This document shows positions 49,703 to 61,200 of a DNA stretch of 64,000 nt, in pieces (within the stretch, counting starts at the first letter, position 1; each line of letters opens with the position of its first letter). The notes below the pieces were generated by a model. The model did not search any database. It had not been told where the DNA came from and worked only from the letters and a program-made list of their open reading frames with translations. The position numbers and the translations under genes were made by a program. The DNA lies in NCBI RefSeq assembly GCF_000143415.4, contig NW_003314346.1, forward strand, positions 712,936-776,935, in the 5' to 3' direction. The stretch comes from Selaginella moellendorffii (Eukaryota > Plantae > Lycopodiophyta).

Positions 49703-52290
49703 GTCCTCCACACTGCATTGTTGCCCATCGTGGCCATAAAATCTGCTTTTCATTCCATTGGCATTGTTTAGCGGCCTTCCCATAATCGTCACCTTCAGAA
49801 ACAGAGTTGTAGCTGAAGGCCAAATATCTGGAAGACACAGTATGTACCACCTTGTGTTTTTTCTTTAAAAGCGCTGCATATGGAGGTACTTTCCACCTTC
49901 TAGGAGGTTTTCCTAGTCGGAGAACCCTCTATTGCAAAGCGATATGATCCCCTCCTCGGACGTTGAAATTGTTTAATCCGTTTTCTGCAACGAGCAGGCT
50001 CTCTTCTAAACACTGTAAGTGCTCCAAGTCAATAGATAGCCGGAGAGTCCAGTATCCTCTCCGTCCAGGACAATACTGCATGCAAAGGAGCTGCTTGAAG
50101 AGGTTTACAGCTTCAGCGTATCTGGTCAAGAGCCAGTTTTCGTTCAAAAGTATTGTCTGCCATTGGTGAAAGAGCATACCTGCGTTCTTTCTCCAGAAAA
50201 GATGCAGCCACAGTACAGATTGTTGCATACACCCATGCAGCTGAAAATCGTGCTAAAAATGGATGCTTGATCTCGGTGTGTGCATTGATCAATTCGAGTG
50301 TAGTCCTTGCTTTTCGAAAAGAGGAGTTTACAGCCTCAGAATTACCAGCTTCCAGGGACATGTCAACCACCTGAGCCAATTGCAATGCCTGAAAACTCGA
50401 CGGTCAGACAAATTTTATAACAAAGTAGGAACGGACCTGCTCATACGCCAGAAAGTCCTCTCGAGAAGCAAAGACTGGCATTGTTCTAGTGCACCTATAG
50501 CTTGGATACTTGATCCTTCCAATATCCACAAGAAGAAAAACATGGAACTCCTGCTCACCGTTTAGAAAGAACAGCCTCTGAATAAATAAATAAATTGCTC
50601 AGCACCAGCAGTGTAACACTTTGGAGAGGATGTCAACTGACCTGTAAACGCCAAAGTAGAACTTCAAGTGTTTCGGCTATTCGAATGCATGGGCCGGTTG
50701 CTTCACGAATTAAAGCCGTTAGATTACTGCCGCCAAGTATTTCACGCTTGTATAAAAAACCAATGATCACTTGCTACTTACAAATGCAGTGAAATCAATG
50801 CATCTCGAATTGCTGTAATAAGCTGAATCTTTTTCAAACTTAGCGTAGCACTTTTGATCTGTAAGCAGGAACAGAAATAAAAACAAGGAAGAAAGTCTTA
50901 GAAGTAACTACCATGATTTTGCTGTTCACTGCCAAATCTTTGAGCTCTTGTACAGTCAGATGTTCAAGCTACTCAGATGAATTGACGTCCGCGTCGAAAA
51001 CTAAGTAGCGTCTCTCTGTTACAAGGAAGCAAACATATTATGAAGTACACGATGAAAGAAATTGAGTACCAACTAACTATGGACTGCAGAATTTGTGTCA
51101 CCAATATCTTCATAGAAAATATTCTGAAGACGGAACCATGGCCCTGAAAAACCACAGTCTCCCTTGAGTCATAGTTTGTGCGACGGCATTGAGCCAATCT
51201 TACAAAAAGGCGCTGTCCATCAGACGAGATTGAACGAAATGCCTCGAGACGTTAGAACGTCTGGAGTAAAGAGATGGAGATCCGGTTCCAATACCACTTG
51301 GAGCATGTAGAGAAAATTCTGTTGGTATCAACAGCCGTGGTCTTGTCCCTTGTCAGCTGCATCCATCAGACGGCTCCATTTGACAGCCAGCACTTTTTCT
51401 TCTGAGAGACTTCCAATAGTCCAACTCTGGATCTCACGGAAATCAAGCTTGAGGCATGCAGCTTCCGATGTACTCTCGGAGACATATCCCTGAAAGCTTT
51501 GTGAACAATTGAAAAATGCCCCAGAGATTAGTTACCTGAACGTCTACCACGCCTTTGTCCATGAGAGGAGACAAATAACGCGAAAGCTCTTTTGGAATAT
51601 GTCCCAGCGAAAGCCCATCCGCTGTAAGCACCTGGCGCAATGTTGTTGTCAGCCATGAAACACGTCCATTCAGTCAAGTTTACCTTCACAGCGTATGTAT
51701 CCATGGGATTTTCTGGTTCCCTTATCAGGTGAACTCGCATCCCAGCTTGGCACTCGACGTCTTTGTGGTACTTACGGCCAGCAATCCTTGCCTCCAGGCA
51801 CCCATTGTAAAGATCTCTAGTTTCACTGTTGAGCGCTGCCGGAAGGACGCTGTCGGCCACATCGGGCTCCTCAAAGCTTTCAAGAGTAGAAGAAACTTCC
51901 GGTTTCGGAGACCCTGCCGCCGGGTTACAGTCGACCCCAGTCTCGAGCGGAGGAGACTGCTGGATTTCTAGTGCGCAGTTTCCACTTTCCTCGTCCTCTA
52001 TCTTTTTCGACAAGTTGAAGTGAAAGAGTGTATGCTGGACACTGTTCTTCTTTTTCTTCCCACTTTGCAGGCAAGTATCTGGACAAGAGAAACCATCGAT
52101 CAGCATGCTTGAATCAAAACAGAGCAAAATCCAAACCAAGATGGCAGTTGACAAGAAGTTCATTCCCGCGTATTTGCTTCCCACACACAGGGCATTCCAC
52201 CCAGTCACAACAAGCTAAGCTCAGGCCTCCTTTTATTTCCAGGGAAACATCACCGCACTCCAACTCATCCTGCAGGAAAACGATCACAGA
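49703..52290 (-). pseudogene. FAN1: FAN1 5'/central part (UBZ zinc finger, HIRAN, SAP, TPR region), interrupted at 49703
   Basis: WVECPVCGKQIRGNELLVNCHL (UBZ), LEARIAGRKY...LIREPENPMDTYAVKV...LGHIPKELSRYLSPLMD (HIRAN). Stop at 49929. Confidence 0.9.
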
Positions 52291-52414
52291 TCCACCCAAG
52301 AAATAGAAGCTCGATCAGAATGGAGGGAAATATTTTATTTGGCTAGGGTTTAGTTCTGCGAAGAGGAAGCGTCCTACACACAGCTCGGCGGTGTTCCATG
52401 CAGTAATCTCAGCA

Positions 52415-52491
52415 ATGCTCCGTGGCCGTGAGATGAGAGCTTGATTCGGCTTGTTGGGAAGCGGCAGCGCACTGTGTCACTCCCGGCTCGG
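52415..52491 (+). pseudogene. FAN1: FAN1 exon 1 in inverted orientation, with a 5-nt insertion
   Basis: The plus strand reads MLRGRE[atgag]SLIRLVGKRQRTVSLPAR|gtgag. It is homologous to the minus-strand exon 1 at 43197-43280. Confidence 0.8.
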
Positions 52492-52773
52492 GTGAGCCTT
52501 TGAATTCACTAGAGCAAAAGCTTATGATATTAAGTGCACATGATTGAATTATAAAATAGATGCCTTCAAAGTTTGGTCACCTGTATTACAGCAAACACAA
52601 AGAGATCTTCTTAGCGTGCTTCGACCAAGGGGAGAAGTTAATATCTATATGGCATTTCAAGACTATGAAGTCAATATTCCCACTCCTCAAGGCTATAAAA
52701 ACTGACCCAAAATTCCATTGCACAACCACGAGTTCTCATACTATCAAGTTCTCATACTATCAATTTAAGTACC

Positions 52774-53538
52774 ATGGCATTAGTCATGATAATGTTTATG
52801 CTATGCCTCCTGGGATTATCTCCGTTCTCTACACTAGCATCTCCCTCTAGTATTATAACTGTGTCTGTGTTTAGGAAGTTCTTTCCATCCAACATCGCAA
52901 ATCCTTTCTACACATACAACGATTTCATTCTATCCCACGTTTGGAAGCTTGGGGAGTCTTGATGTTCAAAAGAGGGAACTGGCTGCCTACTTTGCAAATG
53001 TGAAGCAGGAGACTGGAAGTAAACTTGCATAGTATTTATCCATTAATCTCACTAATGTCTTTGATTGTAGCACTGCAATACATTTGAGAGATCAACTGAA
53101 ACAATGTTTATTGTGAGACTAGCCATGGGATTCCATGTCCTGCAGGTACAAAGGCTTACTGTGGAAGAGGACCTTTGCAGCTCACCAGGTAAGCTGAAAA
53201 TGTTATATTCAATATTTAAAGTGTATATATACAGGAATTACAATTACAATGCTGCTGGAAAGGCTTTCAACATGAACCTCCTCCAAAATCCAGACCAGGT
53301 TGCTGAGAATGGCGTGCTTTCATGGAGGTCATCAGTGTGGTTTTGGATGCAAAATTCAAATTGCCACACCGTAATAACACAGAACCAAAGATTTGGAGGT
53401 ACAATTTGAGCCATCAATGGAGGTCAGGAGTGTGGCAAGGGCAGTGAGACACAACCTGCATAGAACCACATCAATTATTACAAGGACTTTTGCTCACAGT
53501 TGGGTGTTTCACCAGGTGGGAACCTTGGCTGTGCTTAA
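52774..53538 (+). pseudogene. GH19 chitinase pseudogene (signal peptide, no chitin-binding domain)
   Basis: Motifs FYTYNDFI, KRELAAYFANVKQETG, YCGRGPLQLT|RNYNY, WFWM, TI*AINGGQEC and LGVSPGGNLGC. Two short introns, several stops and a frameshift. Confidence 0.88.
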
Positions 53539-53620
53539 ATAAATGTTTTTAAAGTAATGAATAAGTAATTAACTATTGAGTATGTATTAATAAAAACAAA
53601 TAATAAATCTGGAAATTGGT

Positions 53621-56600
53621 TGTTGATGATTGCAATCTTTACAATAGCAAGAATTACTAGAGCTGAAAAGTCATGTATAATAAAGCCGTGTGTGTGTATG
53701 GAATATGGAAAGGGAATACAGAAAATGTGCATATCAATTAGCCTAAAAACCCTAGTTTATATATAGGTCCAAAATGAAACTAATCCAACAACTACCAAAA
53801 TCCTACTACAGTAATATTAGTATATAGCCATACACTTGGACCTTACAGCATACCCTCCTCTCGGAATAATAGAAGATCATTAGGGTTTTCTTGTAGATAG
53901 GCTGGGATCTAGAGGAACGTTAAGAGAAGGCATCGGTGGATCTGTACGTGATATTAGTTGTTCTTGATCCCTTTGTATGAAATATTTCAACCACTACACA
54001 TGCACAATTTCTAGAGGATCGGCCTATTGGATGTCATAGTAAACCTCATAAACTTGCAGTCTAGCTTGCTGCAGCACCTGATACAGTCCTTTCCACTGCG
54101 CAAGGAGGCTCTTAGATAAACCATATACCGTAAGATGGGGTAAACAGATTAACACAAAGTCATCCACTTTATACTCTGCAGATGGACAATGATTGGAGTT
54201 GTAGCACCGTTGTTCCACCCACTTGTATGTGGCCTAAGTGTTTGGTAGACTCTACTCGGACAAGTGGAAGAATGCTTGTCAAATATTGATCCCACGACCT
54301 AGCATCGGCAGTTCGTGGCAATCGCAAAGGTAAACCCAGCTTCGTTGGTAATATTGGATCATGACCATATAGAAGTTTATATGGTGAAACATCAATAAAA
54401 CTCTGCACCCTTGTGATATATGTATAGCAAAGAGATGGCAAATAACCATCTTAATCCGAATGCTAAAAGTTCACATACTTTACAATCATTCCTTTGAATG
54501 TCCAAACGAGCCATTCCACCAAACCGTCTAACTGTGGATGATAAGCACGTGGCGTATCCCTAACCGAGATGTCAAAACATGAAATGCCTTAGCCTTAAAT
54601 GTGAGACCATTATCCGAAAGAATCCACTCCGAACAAAAATGCTGAAACACCATTCGATTGAGGAGGAAGTATCCAATAGCAGTTGTAAAGGCATTAACAA
54701 GAGCACTAACTTCCACCCAATGAGTTAAATAGTCAGAAGCAATAATAACATATTCATTGCCAGCAGTCAATCATGGAAAAGGTCCTATAAGATCAAATGC
54801 CACTAACTCAAATGGATGGGAAATTGCAATTGACTCCAACTGTATTTCCACGGCACAAAAGGGAGTATTACAAGCTTGGCACGAAACATAGTTACGCACA
54901 TACCAGATAACATCATGTCATATATCTGGGCAATAGAAAGACCTACATAGCTTCTCGGTCACATGACGATATTTCATATACCCACATAGAATAGGAGAAT
55001 CATGGTAAGCATGGAGAAACTATGGAATAAAGACAGAAGGCACCACCAACCGTAAAGAATTATCAAGATCCGTCCCCACAAAATAAAGAAGGCCATTTTT
55101 AAAGCGATACTGAGAATGTAAATGCCGGAATGGGAAATCATTAGCAAGTGATGTAGGATTCTCAAACCCATCTCAAAGCCTTCAAATCCATAGTTCAAGC
55201 TTTTGAGCCTTGTGAACCTTATCAAGAAAAGGAGATTTTGCTTTACACCTTGTGAACACATAACATCAAGTACAGCAACCGCCAATGGCACAAAATCCTT
55301 GTTGAGAAAATCCATAAATGCTGGAACAACAGGCTCGTAAAAAACATGAGAAGAGAGTGGAGAAGGAAGAAGAGCTTGAGAAAGGGCATCAACATCAGCC
55401 ATAAAACTTTTTGGGTGATGAACAACATCAAAATCATATATCTAAAGCTTCAAAGTACACTGAGCAGTACAACCAACCAAGTTCTTTCACCTCAATAATG
55501 AAATAATAGCAGTATAATCACCTTCAAGTAACATTCAAGAACCATATAGATATGCATGAAATTTTTCAAAACCCCAAATTGCTACTAAACACTTCTCTAT
55601 CGTGGAATAGTTCACCTCCGCTGGTTGTAATGTATGGCTTATATACACAATAGGATGGTGCTGACCAAGCACACTTGGGCTCTCTTGCATCAACACACTT
55701 CTAAGATCAATATCAGAGGCATCCACGTACAAAATAAAAAGTCAAGTGTAGTTAGGATATGCTAAAACCAGAGGAGTCATCAAAAGCTCTTTGAGATCCA
55801 TGAACGCTTGCTCACAATCTGGGGACCAGTTGAAAAATGATATTGATGACTTCAGCAACGCTCACAATTGTGCAATGCGATAAAAAAGATGATTCACAAA
55901 ACAACCAAGATACTACACTTTTCCCAAAAAGCGTTGCACATCATTCATAAACTTTGGAGTAGGGAACTTTAGAATAGGTATAAGTTTATCAGGATCAACT
56001 TGCAAACCCTCATAAGAAATACAGTACCCAAGTTAAGTTGTGTCCTTGAACCCAAACACGCACTTTGACAACTTCAACTTTAAACCAATGTCCCATAGCT
56101 GATCCAACACTTTACAAACATCACAAATGTGCTTCTCCCATGTCCCCTTAGAATGGATCAAGATATCATCAATGAAGTTAACAATCACCTTCTGTATATT
56201 GCAAAAAACTTCGTCCATCATCCGCTAGAAAGTTGCTAGAGCATTGTTTAAACTAAATGGCATCACCAAGAACTCGTACAAACCAAACGGTGTACGAAAA
56301 GTAGTCTTAAGAATATTTTCTTCAATCATCAGTACTTGCTAATACCTAGAAGCAAGATCTAGCTTGATGAACCAATGACTTTGCCCTAGACAATCCAAAA
56401 GATCAGCAATGTGAGGAAAGGTGTACACATCCGGGATCGTCACTTCATTTAATGGATGATAATCGATACAGAAATGAATACTCCTATCAGGCTTCTTCAC
56501 AAAATAAGATTCACATGCCCAAGGACTCTATAACTTCCGAATAATACCCTTCTCTAACATCTCCTTGACATTTGCAAATAAAATCTTGATCTCTTTAGAT

Positions 56601-57618
56601 GACCGACGATGAACAGGAACCTTGATTAGATGAGCATCCCTAGTTGGAATCAGATGATGTGTGGTAATCTTGGTCCTAGAAGATAGGTCAAATTCAAAAA
56701 GATCAGAATACTCCTTCATAAGCCGGTCAACCACTATAGCACAAAGATGGTCGGGAGGATTGGAAAAGGGAAGAGTAGAACAAGATAAAAATATAGAAGG
56801 AAATAATGGAGGGACAAAAGTAATGGAAGCAGAGGTAAAAGTAGAGGATGGAAAGGTATGGAAGTGAGAGGAATGGATGAAATATAAAGAAGTATGAAAC
56901 AAGGGGGAGAAGCCTCAAAGTCACACTTGGCATGATTGCACTGCAACCAATCCATACCAAGGATGAGGTCAAAAACTTGACTCGGCACCACCAACAATGA
57001 CTGCAACCCAAGCTCGAGATTGCCCACACGCACAACCAGGTCCACCTCATCCCGTGCACATACATATGTATGGCCATTACCATAAAGCCAATACAAAGAG
57101 AATAATAGGAGACATTTTGTTATAAAAATGAGCTTAGAAAGTAAACATTGGATGAACTGGTGTTGAGTGAACCCCTTGATGATACTCCTGAAAGAAAGAT
57201 GGAGAGGTTACTGACTTATTTACGCAAGGTCCCTCCGTTACTTACGTGACTCCTCACTTCCCAAATGCATCTCAGTGTCCAGACCTTCCACTACAGCAAC
57301 ACAAACAACACATTATTGACACCTAAGTCTCCACCCAGGAAAGGGAGGTTGCCAATCCAGAAAACACTGACAACACCAATAAGTATGACCAACTTCATCA
57401 TACGCCCAACAACAAACATCACGACCATGACCACATCCTTGCCCTTGTCCTTAGACTCGGGCAGCAGTAACCTCCATTGGAACAGCACCATCGCCCATAG
57501 GAAGTGGAGTAGAAAGATGTGTAGTGAGAAGTGGAAGAGGCGACATCTCATAACGTTATGCCAAGTGAAGAGCATCATCAAGTTTGGCTAGAGCAAGTGC
57601 ATGCACAAGTTCAACAAG
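53621..57618 (-). mobile_element. Decayed Ty3/gypsy retrotransposon (gag end, protease, RT, RNase H, integrase, PPT, short 3' LTR ~53847-53621)
   Basis: Motifs DLILGMDWL, FIDDILIHS, YVDASD, NYSTIEKCL, IIASDYLTHWVE, ILSDNG and WKGLYQV, in PR-RT-RH-IN order. PPT GAGAGGAGGG at ~53853-53862. The LTR end is approximate. Confidence 0.88.
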
Positions 57619-58251
57619 TGTGAGACACAAAATCCCTAGGCAGTCGGAAGGGTGCCATGTGGTAGTGGCTGAAGCGAAAACCAAACGAGAGTAACACGTT
57701 TGGACTAAAAGCTCCAACTTGAAAGGTCGAGAGCGGGAGTGGAACTCCCAACAAAGTGCTCAAGGAACAAGCACGAAGCAAGAAATAAGTGAGTCTCTAG
57801 AAAAGGGACACAAGAGGACCAACACATGACACGTGGCAGAGTCCGAGATGGACCCGAGAAGAAATCGAGATGGAGTCCAAGATGGACCCGAGATGGAGTC
57901 TGAGATGGACCAAGATGGAGTCCAAGATGGACCCAGATGGAGCCCAAGAGGGACCCGAGATGGAGTCCGAGATGGAGTCCGAGATGCACTGAGATGGAGT
58001 CCGAGATGCACTGAGATGGAGTCCGAGATGGACCCGAGATGAAGTCCAAGATGGAGTCCGAGATGGAGTCTAAGATGGACTCGAGATGGAGTCTGAGAGG
58101 GACCCAAGATGGAGTCCAAGATGGACCGAGACGGAGTCCGAGATGGACCAAGACAGAGTCCGAGATGGAGTCCGAGATGGACCCGAGATGGAATCCGAGA
58201 TGGAGTCCGAGAAGCACCCGAGATGGAGTCCGAGGTTGAGACCAAGACCGG

Positions 58252-58283
<32 letters not shown>

Positions 58284-61200
58284 TCGGGGCCGAGGCCGAG
58301 TCTGAGTCTAAGTACGAGTCCGAGTTCGAGTCTGAGAGGGTGAAAGCCCAAAGCGTTCGTCTCCCAAACCCTGGGGGGTTTGGTGAGCTCCAAAAGTATA
58401 GTAGGGGGAGGACTACAGTGGAGCCAGTTTGGCCAGGAAAAGCCAGTTTGGCCCAGGAAGGCCAGACCTAGTGTTGGGTGATGAAATGACTACTGGGAAG
58501 TCCAAGACTACAGTGAATATGGACCGACAAGTGGGGTAGCTTGGTGAAGTGTTCAAGAGCTGGCTCTAGTTCCCCCGAGAGATCGATTGGCCGATGCTCC
58601 CAATCCAAGTGTGGGTGGCACTACCTACTTGGATACCTAGTGTGGCTCAACAGAACCTCGCTCTAAGCCCATGGCTAGGGCACCTAAACGCGGAAGGTGG
58701 GGAGAGTACTCATGGGGCTTGCGTAGAGCCACAATGTTCCGAAATGTTGTCCCAAAGTCAGAAAGAAATGACGAGCGTGTGGGATTCTTCCAATGCCAAG
58801 AGCATGAGGCGCAGAAACAGGGTGAAGTCCCATTGTCCTCTAGGACTTCCTCACCACCCAACTGTATCCTTGGTCACTACACTAGAGGACTACTCCTCTT
58901 CCTTTCCCCAGTGGCCAGGCCTGCGGGCTTTGATCTAGTGGCAGTGTTGGTGAATATGGCCATGGATGGAAAAAGGACTTGGCAGGAACTGACAAAGGGA
59001 TGTTGGGGAAGGCTATTTCCCATGTTTATGGGCATCCTAAGGATGCTAAGGAGTGGATCTGGGATGACCCCTCGTAGACGGACGGCCCAGTCTTGGAGAG
59101 ATGGGATTGTAATGCAAGTGATATTGGATCACTAGTATGGCAAAGGTGAACGGGCATGGCCTTAGTGTAACGGGCCGATATGTTAGTGGTACCTTTGGGT
59201 GTCGGTCTTGGGACTGGATACATGGAACACTTGGACCAAGTGCAAGGGATGAGTGGCATGGATGCCATTCTTGGGACTAGTAAGTCCCAAGTCTTGAATT
59301 GGATTTAAGGAGGTTGTGAATGAGACTCCTCCAAGTGGTCGGAGGTGTGGTTAAGTGACTAAAGTAGAATGGAAAATTTAGTCGTCTACAACTTGGTATC
59401 GGAGCTGTTCCTTAGTCCGACTCTTATTGGTGGCCAAGTATATCATCACTTGTATTGAAATTGGAAGGTCCTAGATATGGACCTATCCTCGAGGAGTAGC
59501 ATGTCGAGAGGACATGGCTCTCCACTCAAGTTCATGCATGAACTTGTGCACAATGTGGTGGATGGAAGAGGGCCAGTAAGGGAATGACTTTGGGATCTTG
59601 GGAACAATATAAGGGTTTCCTCAGAGAGCTGAGGATGTGATTCAGATGAGCATTTGACGTAGAAAACAGGCTAATATAGTTGTGGTAAACAATTATAGTT
59701 GGGATCACAGGAAAGATGCAAACTCTAAAACAATAAAGGAGTCATAAGATTACCCTCATATAGTTGAGGCTGGTACTTATAATTTTGAGATTGGAATTGA
59801 TGACCATGGGAGGTCAAATACAGAAGAGGACACAAATCCTTGAAATGGTAGCTGGGGCTACCTCTAATAAATGCTAGAACAACCCAAGGAGTTGGGGGTG
59901 TACTCAAAGGATGAGTTGGTATTCTCATCACATGGACAAGTGGTCCTAAGGGGCAAAAGGTTGCCCCAAGAGAACAAATCAAGTGTCGGAGTAACACTTG
60001 CAAAGATGGTCCTTGTGAGTAGGACATGAATACAAGAAGTTATATTCCAGTTAGCTGGCACCTCAAAAGTAGGACCTCATGGGTCGTCAAATGGCAAAGT
60101 TCAAAAAGTTGGATGACTCAAATAGAGTCAAAGGATAATCCTAAAAGATTGATGGAAGTATTTGGACTGAGGTGTGTTGTACCCCACGAAGGATGGGGGG
60201 GGGACCATAGGATCCAAGTATAAAAACAAAAGGGTATCTCATCAATGGCAAAATGTGTCATGCTAAAGTTGTGGGAAAGGTGTTCCCCAAAAAAGAAAGC
60301 AACTTTGGCATAGAGTTGTGTGTAAACACTATGGTGCAGTGCTAATTGATAGTTGGCATGAAAAATGACTACTTTGGTCTTGGCAAAGACCTTGACACAA
60401 GTGGGGAGTGTTGTAAAGGTAGTATTGTAGAGCCGAGGGTGTGGAGACACCAAATGTGCCAAAGCGTGTTGCCTTGAGGTTAAGTTGGTGGGTTTATGAG
60501 AACCCCTTCCTAAAGGAATCCTAATGAAAATGGGAATGGCATGGCTTAAGCTGGAAGGTATGCGGTTGGAGTGTGGTGACCCAGATAATGATGGACGTGT
60601 GGAAGCACTAAGCAATGAGTTGTAGGACTTGACAACTATGAGGCAACTAAGCAAAAGGGGCAAAATAATTGGTTAAACTGGTAGAAGGTAGTTACCTAAG
60701 ACTTTTTATTGGGATAAGGAAGTTAGATATACCTTTATGGGGGAGAAGCTGCTTATGTTGCGATATAGTAAATCAATGTCATAAAGGGAATGCTCATTGC
60801 CAAAGAAGACCATCATTGGGGCACCCAAACACTTTAAAACACCAGGAAGTGGTGTTTAATGTCACAAGGGCATTAGATAAGGTTCAAGGGACTAAGTCCC
60901 TAGCAAATGATGGATAGAAGGTGCTATCCAAACATCCAAGGTTGTGGAGACAGGAGGAATCTGTCTACCCGATTTGGACAAAGCCAAAAATGAGATTTTG
61001 GCAAGGCTAATGATGGGCATATGGAGGCTCATAAGTAGCAATGGTAATCCCGGTGTGTGGGATTATAATGTGAGCATGCCCAGATTGAGGAACCACTCCC
61101 TAAGCTAACGGGTAGGTTCATCCCTATGAATACTTGCTAAAGCATGGTAGAATGTGCAAAGCTATCCTCCTAGTCTGGAGAAGAATAACCAAAGGAAACA

